A DNA stretch of 56,292 nucleotides from Clostridia bacterium (GCA_017439965.1 JAFSID010000013.1:1-56292); one strand, 5' to 3'. Shown: positions 1-10,938, numbered from the stretch's first letter. Notes: a model not told the origin generated them from the sequence alone. Translations and numbers: made by a program.

Positions 1-10
1 ATCAGCCTCC

Positions 11-196
11 CCAAAAAGCAAATTGCTTTTTGGACTACATTCATTTGAACGAAAATCGACAGTTTTCTCAAAGAAAACTGTTAGCAAATCAAAGATTTGC
101 TGTCGAAATTCTTGAATTTCGACTTTCGATTATCGTTATAACAGGAGATGTAAAAAGAGGCTGTGAAAAACTCGTGCAGAATTTTTCACAGCCTCT
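11..196. repeat. Multi-hairpin palindromic element (REP/MITE-like or end of a mobile element)
   Basis: Inverted repeats at 11-33, 60-80, 83-101, 102-123 and 156-196. Segment 48-59 pairs with 126-137 (1 mismatch) and encloses three of them. No credible ORF. Confidence 0.5.
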
Positions 197-297
197 GATT
201 ATTCAAAATTCAGCAAAAATCGGGACAAAAACGCCTTGCGCATTTTCAATCACAGTGGTATAATACGCATATCAAAGCAAATCATCGGAGGTATGAA

Positions 298-1440
298 ATG
301 AACGAGCGCTATTATTTCGGAGAGGATAAAAGCATACGCTTTATTTTTCCCATTGACGGCGACTGCCTCAACGCAAACGACGGCGTAGCCGAAGGGAACA
401 AGCTGACCGTGACGGCAAGGGTAAAGGCGCCCGAGGGTCACGAGGTGAAAATATGTGACAAGGTCGCAGAATACAAGGACGGCGTATACGTTGCCGATTT
501 CACCGTCGAGGACAGAGAGACACTTCTCACCGCAACCGATACGACCGACGGCATAACTGCGGAAATCAAGGTGTTCCGTCTCAAAAATTCCATAGGCGGT
601 TACAGACTTTCCTCGGACGACAACATTATGTTCCTTGCCGACATCAATGCGCACAAGGACGAATACAAGTCGATTTTTGAAAATCCCTATCTTGCGGTGT
701 ACAAGAAGGCTCACGATTTATACGGCGCCAAGGTTCATCTCAACCTCTTTTACGAATACAACGACGATTCAATGAGACTTTTCGATATAAAGAGAGGCTA
801 CTTCAATCTCTCTATGATGACCGACAAGTTCAAGGAGGAATTCCGTGCCAACTCGGATTGGCTCAAGCTTTCCTTCCACTCCTTTGCGGAATTCCCCGAC
901 AAGCCCTACGAATTTGCCACCGCCGAAAAGGCTCTTGCTGACGCAAGGCTGGTTATCGCTGAGATAGAGCGTTTTGCAGGCAAGGAGGTTTTGAGTGGCT
1001 GTACAACGATACATTGGGGAGAGGCAAACGTCGAGGTAACGAAGGCTCTCAGAGGTCTTGGATACCGTGTTTTTGCAGGATATTTCATTCCCGAGAACGC
1101 AGTACACTACTATGCTCCCGACGAGCTTACGGCACACATTTACGAAAGAGACTTCTGGTACGACAGAGAGACCGATATGTTCTTCTCGCGCATTGACGCT
1201 ATCACGAATTGCTACACTCTCGAGTATAATATGGAGGCTTTAAGGTCCGCAATCGCAAGTCCTACCCGAGGAGGCTTTATGGAAATAATGATTCACGAGC
1301 AGTATTTCCACAAGGATTACACGGGACACCTTGCCGACTTTGAGGAAAGAGTGCTTGAGCCCTGCAAGCTCATTTTTGAGAGCGGATACGTCGGACGTCA
1401 TCTCAACGAGGTTGACGATTTTCCAGCTTTAATCAATTAA
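298..1440 (+). CDS. Hypothetical protein, N-terminal beta domain plus polysaccharide-deacetylase-like (NodB-type) barrel
   Basis: 380-aa ORF with GGAGG SD. Motifs LSSDD, LSFHS, IHWG and MIHEQY are spaced like a NodB-like metal-binding barrel. Confidence 0.55.
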   Translation: MNERYYFGEDKSIRFIFPIDGDCLNANDGVAEGNKLTVTARVKAPEGHEVKICDKVAEYKDGVYVADFTVEDRETLLTATDTTDGITAEIKVFRLKNSIGGYRLSSDDNIMFLADINAHKDEYKSIFENPYLAVYKKAHDLYGAKVHLNLFYEYNDDSMRLFDIKRGYFNLSMMTDKFKEEFRANSDWLKLSFHSFAEFPDKPYEFATAEKALADARLVIAEIERFAGKEVLSGCTTIHWGEANVEVTKALRGLGYRVFAGYFIPENAVHYYAPDELTAHIYERDFWYDRETDMFFSRIDAITNCYTLEYNMEALRSAIASPTRGGFMEIMIHEQYFHKDYTGHLADFEERVLEPCKLIFESGYVGRHLNEVDDFPALIN

Positions 1441-1444
1441 AAAC

Positions 1445-1479
1445 AATGAAAGCCGTCTCTGTCCGAGACGGCTTTCATT
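1445..1479. terminator. Bidirectional intrinsic terminator
   Basis: AATGAAAGCCGTCTC-TGTCC-GAGACGGCTTTCATT, a 15-bp stem between convergent genes. Confidence 0.85.
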
Positions 1480-1490
1480 ATTTATATCAA

Positions 1491-2426
1491 TTATTTTCCT
1501 GCCTTGCCCTGAGAACCGAGAACGTTTACGATCTTGTGAGATACAAGGTCACGAACGTTGTTTCTGGAAACGGAGAGATAGGTTCTGGGATCAAACGCTG
1601 CGGGATCGTTTACGAAGGTCTGACGGATGCCTGCGGTGAATGCGAGACGGATGTCAGAGTCGATGTTGATCTTACAAACAGCCATAGAAGCAGCCTTGCG
1701 GAGAAGCTCCTCGGGAACGCCCTGAGCGTTTGCGAGGTTACCGCCGTTCTCGTTGATTATCTTAACGTACTCCTGATTAACGCTGGAAGCACCGTGAAGA
1801 ACGATGGGGAACTCGGGAAGTCTCTTAGAAATCTCCTCGAGAATGTCAAAGCGGAGCTTGGGCTCGCCCTTGAACTTGAATGCGCCGTGGCTGGTACCGA
1901 TTGCGATAGCAAGAGAGTCAACGCCCGTTCTCTCAACGAAAGCCTCAACCTCTGCGGGATTGGTGTACATAGCGTCCTCGGCGGAAACCTTAACGTCATC
2001 CTCAATGCCTGCGAGCTTACCGAGCTCACCCTCAACGGTAACGCCGTGAGCGTGTGCATACTCAACTACCTTGCGGGTAACTGCAACGTTGTCGTCGAAA
2101 TCGAAGTGAGAGCCGTCAATCATAACGGAGGTAAAGCCGTTGTCGATACAAGCCTTACAGATTTCAAAGTCTGCGCCGTGGTCAAGGTGAAGAGCAAAGT
2201 CGATTCCCGCATCCTCAGCCGCTGCCTTGGCAAGAGCCATAAGATAAGCAGGCTTAGCGTACTTTCTCGCACCTGCGGAAACCTGAAGGATAACGGGAGA
2301 CTTCTGCTCAGCAGCAGCCTCGGTTATAGCCTGAATGATTTCCATATTGTTAATGTTAAAGGCACCGACAGCGTATCCGCCGTGATAAGCCTTATTGAGC
2401 ATTTCCTTGGTATTGATAAGTCCCAT
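1491..2426 (-). CDS. fba: Class II fructose-1,6-bisphosphate aldolase
   Basis: AVGAFN, ALHLDHG, SVMIDGS, EGELG, GTSHG, VLHGAS and KINIDSD motifs. Confidence 0.96.
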   Translation of the reverse strand: MGLINTKEMLNKAYHGGYAVGAFNINNMEIIQAITEAAAEQKSPVILQVSAGARKYAKPAYLMALAKAAAEDAGIDFALHLDHGADFEICKACIDNGFTSVMIDGSHFDFDDNVAVTRKVVEYAHAHGVTVEGELGKLAGIEDDVKVSAEDAMYTNPAEVEAFVERTGVDSLAIAIGTSHGAFKFKGEPKLRFDILEEISKRLPEFPIVLHGASSVNQEYVKIINENGGNLANAQGVPEELLRKAASMAVCKINIDSDIRLAFTAGIRQTFVNDPAAFDPRTYLSVSRNNVRDLVSHKIVNVLGSQGKAGK

Positions 2427-2586
2427 AAATACACACCTGTCCTTTTAAAATATTTTTTACTCTAATATAATAATATATCTTGCCCGTAAAGTCAAGAAAT
2501 TCAGTTGAAAAAATACAAAATTTGTGAAATGTTTAACATTTTTCGACTGCTTAACGATAAGTTTACATAAAGATGCACAATTTCTT

Positions 2587-2615
2587 TTGACATTTGAAAG
2601 TTTTTATGATACAAT
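2587..2615 (+). promoter_or_regulatory. SigA promoter of the ruvCAB operon
   Basis: TTGACA-N17-TACAAT with extended -10 TG. Confidence 0.75.
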
Positions 2616-2658
2616 ATATCTTGAGTATATATAACTTGAAGAATACGGATATTCAAAA

Positions 2659-3183
2659 ATGATAATATTAGGCATAGACCCGGGTATTGCGACGGTCGGA
2701 TGGGGTGTCGTTGCAAGAGACAGAGGGTCATTCCGCTACATCGACTGCGGAATAATCTCCACCCCTGCGGGAATGAGAGTCGAGAGACGCTTATTTCTCA
2801 TCCATCAGGCGCTGAGCGACATCATAAAGAGATACACACCCGATGAAATTTCCATCGAGGAATTATTCTTTCATTCCAACCAGAAAACCGTTATAAACGT
2901 AGCGCAGGCAAGAGGTGTGATTCTCTTCACGGCAGAGGAGAATTCCCTTCCCATTTACGAATACACGCCTCTTCAGGTCAAGCAATCAATCGTCGGCTAC
3001 GGCAGAGCCGAAAAAAAGCAGGTAATGGAAATGACCAAGGTGTTTTTGCACCTTGACAGAGTGGCGAAGCCTGACGACGCCGCCGACGCTCTTGCGCTTG
3101 CGATATGCCACGGCAATTCATCACAGAGTAAGCTTTACGGCTTGCGCACAATAAAAGATTCAAAGAAGACGGGCGGACAATAA
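2659..3183 (+). CDS. ruvC: Holliday junction resolvase RuvC
   Basis: ILGIDPG, IEELFF, EYTPLQVK and DDAADALALAICH motifs. Confidence 0.97.
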   Translation: MIILGIDPGIATVGWGVVARDRGSFRYIDCGIISTPAGMRVERRLFLIHQALSDIIKRYTPDEISIEELFFHSNQKTVINVAQARGVILFTAEENSLPIYEYTPLQVKQSIVGYGRAEKKQVMEMTKVFLHLDRVAKPDDAADALALAICHGNSSQSKLYGLRTIKDSKKTGGQ

Positions 3184-3184
3184 A

Positions 3185-3790
3185 ATGTTTTACTATATTT
3201 CGGGAAAGGTAGCGTTGCTCACTCAGGGCAAGGCTGTAATTGACGCAGGCGGAGTCGGATATCAGCTTTCAATCTCCGACTACACTCTCTCACGCCTTCG
3301 CGCCGAGGCAAGCGACAAGGCACTCCTCTACACGTATTTTCACGTAAGAGAGGACGCACAGGAGCTTTTCGGCTTCCACTCCATTGACGAAAAGAAGCTT
3401 TTCGAGCATCTCATTTCGGTATCGGGAGTAGGTCCCAAGGTAGCACTGTCAATACTTTCGACCCTATCCCCCGAAAAGCTTGTTCTGGCAATCGTTTCCG
3501 ACGATGCAAAGGCAATCTCCTGCGCACAGGGAATCGGTCTGCGTACAGCCCAGAAGATAATCCTTGAAATCAAGGATAAGCTCAAGAAGGAAGGACTCGG
3601 AGACGTATCCGAGCCACTCACCGAGGAGCTTTCGCAAACCCCCTCAAGCGCCGTAAACGAGGCTCTCGAGGCTCTCGCCGCGCTCGGATACTCACGCTCT
3701 CAGGCTATGTCCGCGCTCAAGCTTGACGGACGCGACAAAATGAGCGTTGAGGAGCTGATAAGAAACGGTCTCAAAAATCTGACAAAGTAA
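3185..3790 (+). CDS. ruvA: Holliday junction branch migration protein RuvA
   Basis: [32 protein letters not shown] and ALAALGY; lies between ruvC and ruvB. Confidence 0.97.
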   Translation: MFYYISGKVALLTQGKAVIDAGGVGYQLSISDYTLSRLRAEASDKALLYTYFHVREDAQELFGFHSIDEKKLFEHLISVSGVGPKVALSILSTLSPEKLVLAIVSDDAKAISCAQGIGLRTAQKIILEIKDKLKKEGLGDVSEPLTEELSQTPSSAVNEALEALAALGYSRSQAMSALKLDGRDKMSVEELIRNGLKNLTK

Positions 3791-3800
3791 AGGACATCAA

Positions 3801-4871
3801 ATGAACAACGATTACCGCTTTGACGAGGAGGAGCTCAACGAGCGACTTATCTCAACTGCAGAAACCGAAATAGACAGAAGCTTCGACTCGGGCGAGGGAT
3901 CTCTGCGTCCGACGACGCTCGACGAATACGTAGGACAGGAAAAAGCAAAGGAAAACCTTAAAATATTTATGGAGGCGGCAAAGCTCAGAGGTGAAAGCCT
4001 TGACCATCTTCTGCTTTACGGCCCTCCCGGACTCGGAAAAACCACTCTGTCCACAATAGTTGCAAACGAAATGGGCGTAAACATCCGCATTACCTCGGGT
4101 CCCGCTATCGAAAAGCAGGGCGACCTTGCGGCGCTTTTGTCAAATCTTTCAGAGGGAGACATACTTTTCATAGACGAGATACACCGTCTCAGCCGTTCAA
4201 TCGAGGAAATTCTCTATCCCGCAATGGAGGACTACGCGCTCGACATAATCGTAGGCACGGGACCTGCCGCACGCTCTATCCGTATTCCCCTTGAACGCTT
4301 CACCCTTATCGGTGCAACCACCCGTGCAGGTCAGCTTTCAGCCCCCTTGCGTGACCGCTTTGGCGTAATACTCCGCCTTGAGCTTTACACCGAGGACGAG
4401 CTTGCACAAATCGTTACCCGCTCCGCATCCATTCTCGATATACCCATCGAGGAGGACGGTGCACACGAAATTGCCCGCAGAAGCCGAGGTACTCCACGTA
4501 TCGCCAACAGACTTCTCAGACGCGTGCGCGACTTTGCGCAGGTAGAGGGCAACGGTATTATAGACAGAAAAACCGCCTCAAGAGCCTTGTCAATGCTTGA
4601 GATTGACGAGCTGGGGCTTGACAACACCGACAGAAGAATGCTTCTGTCAATGATTAAACATTTTAACGGAGGCCCCGTGGGACTCGAAACTCTTGCCGCC
4701 GCTATCGGCGAGGAATCCGTAACGGTGGAGGACGTGCTTGAGCCGTATCTTATGCAGATAGGCTTTCTTGCCCGTACTCCGAGAGGACGAGTTGCCACGA
4801 AAAGCGCATACGAGCACCTTGGAGTAAAGTGGGGACAGGACTCTGCTCAGGTGACGGTAGAGGATGTGTAA
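3801..4871 (+). CDS. ruvB: Holliday junction branch migration helicase RuvB
   Basis: [28 protein letters not shown] and RTPRGR motifs. Confidence 0.98.
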   Translation: MNNDYRFDEEELNERLISTAETEIDRSFDSGEGSLRPTTLDEYVGQEKAKENLKIFMEAAKLRGESLDHLLLYGPPGLGKTTLSTIVANEMGVNIRITSGPAIEKQGDLAALLSNLSEGDILFIDEIHRLSRSIEEILYPAMEDYALDIIVGTGPAARSIRIPLERFTLIGATTRAGQLSAPLRDRFGVILRLELYTEDELAQIVTRSASILDIPIEEDGAHEIARRSRGTPRIANRLLRRVRDFAQVEGNGIIDRKTASRALSMLEIDELGLDNTDRRMLLSMIKHFNGGPVGLETLAAAIGEESVTVEDVLEPYLMQIGFLARTPRGRVATKSAYEHLGVKWGQDSAQVTVEDV

Positions 4872-4898
4872 GAGCCTTCGCTATAAGAAAGGAACTCT

Positions 4899-6569
4899 AT
4901 GGCAAAAACAAAAAAACAAAAGCTTAAAATTATTCCCCTCGGAGGTATAGGAGAGGTCGGAAAGAACATTACCGTCGTTGAATACGGCGACGACATCCTC
5001 GTCGTTGACTGCGGCCTTGGATTTCCCGATGACGATATGCTGGGCATCGACCTTGTAATCCCCGACGTATCCTACCTCGAAAAAAACGCCGACAGGGTGA
5101 AGGGAATTATCCTCACCCACGGTCACGAGGACCACATCGGCGCACTTCCTTATATTTTAAAGGACCTGAACGTTCCCGTTTACGGAACGAGACTGACACT
5201 CGGTATTTTAACCAACAAGCTCGTTGAACACAGCCTTGAGCGAGTAGTAAAGCTTAACTGCATAAGCGCAGGAGACACGGTAAAGCTCGGATGCTTCTCG
5301 GCAGAGGCAATAAGAGTAAATCACTCCATTGCCGACAGCGTTGCCTGGGCAATAACCACCCCCGTCGGAACGGTGGTGTTCAGTGGTGACTTCAAGATAG
5401 ACGTCACTCCCATTGAAGGAGAAATGACCGACCTGACACGCTTCGGCGAGCTTGGTAAAAAGGGCGTGCTTGCATTCTTCTGCGAGTCCACCAACGCCGA
5501 AAGAAGCGGATATACCCCCTCCGAGAGAATCGTCGGCAACAGCCTTGACACGATTTTCTCCTCAACCTCAAAGAGAGTAACCATTGCAACCTTCTCCTCA
5601 AACGTACACCGTGTACAGCAGATAATCAACGCCTCCGAGAAATTCGGACGCAAGGTGGCTATCACGGGAAGAAGTATGATAAACGTCGTAAAGGCGGCAA
5701 TGGACCTCGGCTATATGCATATGCCCGAGGGAATGCTTATAGACATCGGTGAAATGAAGCGTTACAGACCCGACCAGCTTACCCTTATCACAACGGGAAG
5801 CCAGGGAGAGCCTATGAGCGCACTTCACAGAATGGCTTACTCCGACCACGATAAGATAAGCCTCGGCGCAGACGACCTCGTCGTTATATCCGCCACTCCC
5901 ATACCGGGTAACGAAAAGCTTGTTTCCAACGTAATCAACGAGCTTTTACGCAAGGGCGTTGAGGTGGTTTACAATCAGGTAGCCGACGTTCACGTATCGG
6001 GACACGCCTGTCAGGAGGAGATCAAGCTCGTTACCTCCCTTTTAAAGCCTACCTTCTTCGTGCCAATGCACGGTGAATTCAAGCACCTTTCACAAAACAA
6101 GCTCCTTGCCGAAATGGTAGGAGTATCACCCGACAACATTCTCATTCCCGAAACGGGAAAAATTATAGAGCTTGACAAGAAGTCTATCAGGACGAATGGC
6201 ACAGTGCCCGCAGGCAACGTGCTGGTTGACGGTCTCGGAGTCGGAGACGTCGGAAGCGTAGTGCTTCGTGACAGAAAGCATCTGGCTCAGGACGGTATCG
6301 TTATGGTAGTAGCGGCGCTCGACATTTCGGCAGGATATCTCCTGTCGGGTCCCGACGTCGTAACCAGAGGCTTCGTATACGTCAAGGAATCCGAGGAGCT
6401 TATGGAGGAGATGCGACAGGTAGCCTACGACGTTATAGACAAAACGCTTGATGCAGGCTATCAGGATGCAAACGCCATCAAGAACGCACTCCGTGACGAC
6501 CTGACCAAATATCTGTACAGTAAAACTCGTCGCCGTCCGATGATTTTACCCGTATTGATGGATTTATAA
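4899..6569 (+). CDS. rnj: Ribonuclease J
   Basis: PLGGIGEVGKN, THGHEDHIG, TTGSQGEPM, HVSGHA and RRPMILP motifs. Confidence 0.96.
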   Translation: MAKTKKQKLKIIPLGGIGEVGKNITVVEYGDDILVVDCGLGFPDDDMLGIDLVIPDVSYLEKNADRVKGIILTHGHEDHIGALPYILKDLNVPVYGTRLTLGILTNKLVEHSLERVVKLNCISAGDTVKLGCFSAEAIRVNHSIADSVAWAITTPVGTVVFSGDFKIDVTPIEGEMTDLTRFGELGKKGVLAFFCESTNAERSGYTPSERIVGNSLDTIFSSTSKRVTIATFSSNVHRVQQIINASEKFGRKVAITGRSMINVVKAAMDLGYMHMPEGMLIDIGEMKRYRPDQLTLITTGSQGEPMSALHRMAYSDHDKISLGADDLVVISATPIPGNEKLVSNVINELLRKGVEVVYNQVADVHVSGHACQEEIKLVTSLLKPTFFVPMHGEFKHLSQNKLLAEMVGVSPDNILIPETGKIIELDKKSIRTNGTVPAGNVLVDGLGVGDVGSVVLRDRKHLAQDGIVMVVAALDISAGYLLSGPDVVTRGFVYVKESEELMEEMRQVAYDVIDKTLDAGYQDANAIKNALRDDLTKYLYSKTRRRPMILPVLMDL

Positions 6570-6596
6570 TTGATTTTATTTTAGGAGGACAATATT

Positions 6597-6923
6597 ATGA
6601 AAATGATTTTTGCAGTCGTTAATAACGATGACGGAGCAGTTGTAAACGCTCAGCTTATCAAGGCAGGCTTCCACGTTACAAAGCTTGCATCGACGGGCGG
6701 ATTTCTCAAGAAGGGAAACACCACCTTCATTCTCGGCGTAGAGGATGAAAAGGTTGACGGTGCCGTTGACATCATCAAGCGTTACAGCAAGAAGAGAACC
6801 TACACCACTCCTCTCGACGTGGTATCCTCCGCAACTCTCGGCGGTGCTATGACTCCCATCGAGGTAACGGTTGGCGGTGCTACCATATTCATTATGAACA
6901 TCGAGCATTTCGAGAGCATCTGA
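6597..6923 (+). CDS. darA: Cyclic-di-AMP receptor, PII-like (DarA/PstA)
   Basis: TKLASTGGFLKKGNTT and EVTVGGATIF; conserved position before holB. Confidence 0.9.
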   Translation: MKMIFAVVNNDDGAVVNAQLIKAGFHVTKLASTGGFLKKGNTTFILGVEDEKVDGAVDIIKRYSKKRTYTTPLDVVSSATLGGAMTPIEVTVGGATIFIMNIEHFESI

Positions 6924-7903
6924 TGACACTTATAGGCAATAAAGCCACGGTTGACGACTTCCGACGTGATATAAGCGTCGGAAGGCTGTCGCACGCCTTC
7001 ATAATAGAAGGAGCAGAGGGAAGCGGCAAGACCGTTCTTGCAAGAACTCTTGCCTCAATGCTTATGTGTAACGCGGATAATATTCCCTGCGGTGCTTGTA
7101 AGGGCTGTATTACCACCCTTGCAGGTGAGCACCCCGACGTTAAGGAGATAGACGTTCCCGAGGACAAGTCCTTTATACCCATCGACAGTATAAGAGAGCT
7201 CATTAAGGACGCCTACGTCAAGCCGTCGGAGGCAGGCTATACCGTATTTATCATCGAAAACGCTCACAAAATGACGGTGCCCTCTCAAAACGCTTTGCTT
7301 CAGGTTTTCGAGGAGCCGCCTCGAAACACGGTGTTTTTTCTTCTCACGCCCGACAGAAACCTTCTTCTTAAAACTCTTCTCTCAAGAGCAAGAGTGCTCA
7401 GATGCGAGGTGCTTTCGGAGGAGGCGGTAAAATCCGCCCTGACGGAGCGTTATCCCGACAAGGCGGACAGCGTGGAAAGAATAATGCGACTTGCCTCGGG
7501 CTCACTCGGTGAGGCTGTCGGACTTATGGAAAACGAGGCGCTCTCCGAGGTCATCGAGCTTGTGTCACGCTATTTCGACGAGGTATCAAAAGGCGCGGGG
7601 TTTTATAAGCTTTCAACGGTATTATCCCCCACCAAGCCCGTGACGAGAGAACAGCTTTCGGATATAATATCCTATTTTGCAATAGCGCTCCGAGATATAG
7701 CGCTTCTTTACGCAGAGGAGGAGCCGAGGCTTATGTTCTTTACAGACCGCTCAGTCCCCGACAAAATCGTTACGAGACGCACGCTGAGGGAGATAGTTTC
7801 CTCCTTCGAGCTTTGTGAAAGACTCATACAAAGAACCGTTTCCGCAAACGTCGGAACGGCAATAGCTTTGCTTAACTCATCGCTTGCGAGCGATATGAAA
7901 TAA
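6923..7903 (+). CDS. holB: DNA polymerase III subunit delta'
   Basis: LSHAFIIEG..GSGKT, PCGACKGC zinc motif, HPD and QNALLQVFEEPP; lies between darA and yaaT. Confidence 0.9.
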   Translation: MTLIGNKATVDDFRRDISVGRLSHAFIIEGAEGSGKTVLARTLASMLMCNADNIPCGACKGCITTLAGEHPDVKEIDVPEDKSFIPIDSIRELIKDAYVKPSEAGYTVFIIENAHKMTVPSQNALLQVFEEPPRNTVFFLLTPDRNLLLKTLLSRARVLRCEVLSEEAVKSALTERYPDKADSVERIMRLASGSLGEAVGLMENEALSEVIELVSRYFDEVSKGAGFYKLSTVLSPTKPVTREQLSDIISYFAIALRDIALLYAEEEPRLMFFTDRSVPDKIVTRRTLREIVSSFELCERLIQRTVSANVGTAIALLNSSLASDMK

Positions 7904-7915
7904 AGGATAAACAAT

Positions 7916-8809
7916 ATGGATAACAACACAAACAATACCCCGAAGGAATTTGAGATAATCGGCGTAAGATTCAAGGAGGCGGGAAAGGTTTACTATTTCT
8001 CCCCCGCGGGAATTTCCTTCAACGTATCCGACGGCGCAATCGTTGAAACCTCACGCGGAATGGAATTTGGTACCGTTGTGGTAGCCAACAAGACCGTCCC
8101 TGCAAACGAGGTGGTTCAGCCCCTCAAGAGCGTTGTACGACGCGCCACCGAAAAGGACGTTATAAGAGTAAAGGAAAACCTTGAGCTTGCGGAAAAGGCG
8201 AAAAACATTTTCCGTGAAAAAGTAGAAAAGCACAAGCTTGACATGACGCTCGTTGACGCCGAATACACCTTTGACAATTCAAAGCTTCTCTTTTACTTCA
8301 CCTCAGAGGGCAGAGTTGACTTCCGTGAGTTCGTAAAGGATATGGCGTCTGTATTCAAGACGAGAATCGAGCTCAGGCAGATAGGCGTACGAGACGAAGC
8401 AAAGCAGGTCGGAGGTCTCGGTATATGCGGACGTCCCTTCTGCTGTAAAACCTTCTTAAACGATTTTGAGCAGGTCTCCATCAAGATGGCAAAGGACCAG
8501 GGTCTTTCTCTCAACTCGGTCAAGATTTCGGGCACCTGCGGACGTCTTATGTGCTGTCTGCGTTATGAAAACGACGTATATCAGGAGGAGATTGCAAAGA
8601 CCCCCAAGGTCGGAAGCCTCGTTTCCACTCCCTCGGGTAAGGGTGTGGTTATAGAGTCCAACCCCCTTGCAGGAATCGTCAAGGTATCCCTCGACTCCAA
8701 CCGCGACGTACCCGCGATATTCGTGCGCGAGGACGTAAAGGTGCTTGCAAAGGGCAAAAAGGACGATATTCCCGAGGATGAGGAGCTCAAAATGCTGGAA
8801 AAAGAATAA
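7916..8809 (+). CDS. ricT: PSP1-domain protein RicT/YaaT
   Basis: GVRFKEAGKVYYF, RVDFRE, RIELRQIGVRDEAK, CGRPFCC and ISGTCGRLMCCLRYE. Confidence 0.93.
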   Translation: MDNNTNNTPKEFEIIGVRFKEAGKVYYFSPAGISFNVSDGAIVETSRGMEFGTVVVANKTVPANEVVQPLKSVVRRATEKDVIRVKENLELAEKAKNIFREKVEKHKLDMTLVDAEYTFDNSKLLFYFTSEGRVDFREFVKDMASVFKTRIELRQIGVRDEAKQVGGLGICGRPFCCKTFLNDFEQVSIKMAKDQGLSLNSVKISGTCGRLMCCLRYENDVYQEEIAKTPKVGSLVSTPSGKGVVIESNPLAGIVKVSLDSNRDVPAIFVREDVKVLAKGKKDDIPEDEELKMLEKE

Positions 8810-8823
8810 TTTTAATTTTCCAC

Positions 8824-8852
8824 TTTACAATTAGCATTATTTGTGCTAAAAT
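8824..8852 (+). promoter_or_regulatory. SigA promoter for ferredoxin (and lepA)
   Basis: TTTACA-N17-TAAAAT with extended -10 TG. Confidence 0.65.
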
Positions 8853-8891
8853 AATATGCGTTAAATTATTAACTCAAAGGAGGACAATAAA

Positions 8892-9062
8892 ATGGCTTAC
8901 AAGATTTCTGACGAGTGCATCAACTGCGGTGCTTGCATCAGCGAGTGCCCCACCGGCTGTATCAGCGAAGGTGACGGTGTTGCAGTTATCAACGCTGACG
9001 AGTGCGTTGACTGCGGTACCTGCGCTTCCGTATGCCCCGTTGAAGCTCCCCAGGCAGAGTAA
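8892..9062 (+). CDS. fdx: 2x[4Fe-4S] clostridial-type ferredoxin, 56 aa (absent from ORF track)
   Basis: Hand translation MAYKISDECINCGACISECPTGCISEGDGVAVINADECVDCGTCASVCPVEAPQAE has two CxxCxxCxxxCP motifs. AAAGGAGG SD upstream. Confidence 0.95.
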   Translation: MAYKISDECINCGACISECPTGCISEGDGVAVINADECVDCGTCASVCPVEAPQAE

Positions 9063-9081
9063 AGAACATATTGCCGAAGGC

Positions 9082-9107
9082 TGTGCCACAGGGAAACCTG
9101 TGGCACA
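9082..9107 (+). terminator. Stem-loop after ferredoxin (weak terminator or stabiliser)
   Basis: TGTGCCACAGG-GAAA-CCTGTGGCACA followed by AATTTT. Confidence 0.6.
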
Positions 9108-9132
9108 AATTTTCAAAAAAGGAATTTAACAA

Positions 9133-10938
9133 ATGTATAATCCTGAAAACATTCGTAACTTTTGTATAATTGCTCACATCGACCACGGCAAAAGCACGCT
9201 GGCTGACAGACTGCTTGAGATAACCGACACCGTTAAGTCGCGCGAGATGGAGGAGCAGATACTTGACAATATGGACCTTGAGCGTGAGAGAGGTATCACC
9301 ATCAAGGCTCGCGCCGTTAAGCTTGACTATACGGCAGACGACGGACAAAGCTATACCTTCAATCTTATAGACACCCCCGGTCACGTGGACTTCAACTACG
9401 AGGTATCACGCTCACTTTCAGCCTGCGAGGGTGCATTATTGGTGGTTGATGCGTCTCAGGGTGTTGAGGCACAGACTCTTGCAAACACCTACCTCGCGCT
9501 TGACCACGACCTTGAAATTTTGCCCGTTATAAATAAGATAGACCTTCCCGCCGCTAATCCCGACCGAGTTAAAAACGAGATTGAGGAGATTATCGGTATA
9601 CCTGCTGAGGATGCTCCCTGCATTTCGGCAAAGACGGGACTTAATATAAAAGACGTGCTTGATGCGGTAGTAAAATATATACCCGCACCTAAGACGAATG
9701 CCGAAAAGCCTCTCAAGGCGCTTATCTTCGACGCAGTATACGACGCTTACCGCGGAGTTATCGTTTACGTGCGTATAATGGAGGGTAAGCTCTCGGCAAA
9801 GGATAAGATCCGTATGATGAATACAGGCGCTGAATTTGAGGTCGTCGAGGTCGGACATCTCCGCCCCTTCGGACCCGAAAAGCGTGACACAGTATACGCA
9901 GGCGAGGTTGCCTACATCACCGCTGCCATAAAATCCCTTGACGATACGCAGGTCGGTGACACCGTAACCCTTGCAGATAATCCCACCGAGGAAGCCTTCC
10001 CCGGCTTTAAAAAGGTTTTGCCGATGGTTTACAGCGGTATTTATCCCGCAGACGGCGCACGCTATACCGATTTGAGAGACGCTCTTGAAAAGCTCCGTCT
10101 CAACGATTCGGCTCTCACCTTTGAGGCTGAAAGCTCTGCGGCGCTCGGCTTCGGCTTCCGCTGCGGATTTTTGGGACTTCTTCATATGGAGGTCATTCAG
10201 GACAGACTTGAGCGTGAATTTAACCTTGACCTTATCACCACCGCACCCGGCGTTATCTACAAGACGGTAATGAAATCGGGCGAGGTAAAATATATCGACA
10301 ATCCTCAGAACTTCCCTGCGGCAGACGAGGCAGAGGAGATTTGTGAGCCTATGGTTAAGGCGACCATCCTCTCTCCCAAGGAGTACGTAGGTACTATTAT
10401 GGATCTCTGTCAGGACCGCCGAGGAGTATTTATCGACACCAAATATATCACCACCGACAGAGTTGAGCTTCATTACAGACTTCCGCTCAACGAAATCGTT
10501 TACGACTTCTTCGACGCACTCAAGTCGCGTACGAAGGGCTACGCATCCCTCGACTACGAAATGTCCGACTACGAAAAGTCAAGCCTCGTAAAGCTTGACA
10601 TTATGCTCAACGGCGATATCGTTGACGCCCTCTCCTTCATCGTTCATTCGGAGAAGGCGTATGCGAGAGCGAGAAAAATTGTTGAAAAGCTTAAGGAAAA
10701 TATTCCCCGTCAGCTTTTTGAGATACCCGTTCAGGCGGCAATCGGCGGTAAGATAATTGCCCGTGAGACCGTAAAGGCAATGCGTAAGGACGTTCTTGCC
10801 AAGTGCTACGGCGGTGACATCACCCGTAAGAAGAAGCTTCTTGAAAAGCAAAAAGAGGGTAAAAAGAAAATGCGCCAGCTCGGTACGGTCGAGGTACCTC
10901 ACGAGGCGTTTATGGCGGTGCTTAAGCTCGATGAATAA
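9133..10938 (+). CDS. lepA: Translation elongation factor 4 (LepA)
   Basis: [34 protein letters not shown] and [21 protein letters not shown]. Confidence 0.99.
   Translation: MYNPENIRNFCIIAHIDHGKSTLADRLLEITDTVKSREMEEQILDNMDLERERGITIKARAVKLDYTADDGQSYTFNLIDTPGHVDFNYEVSRSLSACEGALLVVDASQGVEAQTLANTYLALDHDLEILPVINKIDLPAANPDRVKNEIEEIIGIPAEDAPCISAKTGLNIKDVLDAVVKYIPAPKTNAEKPLKALIFDAVYDAYRGVIVYVRIMEGKLSAKDKIRMMNTGAEFEVVEVGHLRPFGPEKRDTVYAGEVAYITAAIKSLDDTQVGDTVTLADNPTEEAFPGFKKVLPMVYSGIYPADGARYTDLRDALEKLRLNDSALTFEAESSAALGFGFRCGFLGLLHMEVIQDRLEREFNLDLITTAPGVIYKTVMKSGEVKYIDNPQNFPAADEAEEICEPMVKATILSPKEYVGTIMDLCQDRRGVFIDTKYITTDRVELHYRLPLNEIVYDFFDALKSRTKGYASLDYEMSDYEKSSLVKLDIMLNGDIVDALSFIVHSEKAYARARKIVEKLKENIPRQLFEIPVQAAIGGKIIARETVKAMRKDVLAKCYGGDITRKKKLLEKQKEGKKKMRQLGTVEVPHEAFMAVLKLDE

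Noticed and set aside
30-263. 77-aa ORF at the window start
   Set aside because: TTG start without SD, runs across stacked palindromes, no protein features.
1446-2465. 339-aa ORF antisense to fba (likewise 9436-10473, 14388-14990, 32499-33473, 35249-35947, 54275-55012)
   Set aside because: Shadow ORFs on the opposite strand of conserved, codon-biased genes, with no motifs.
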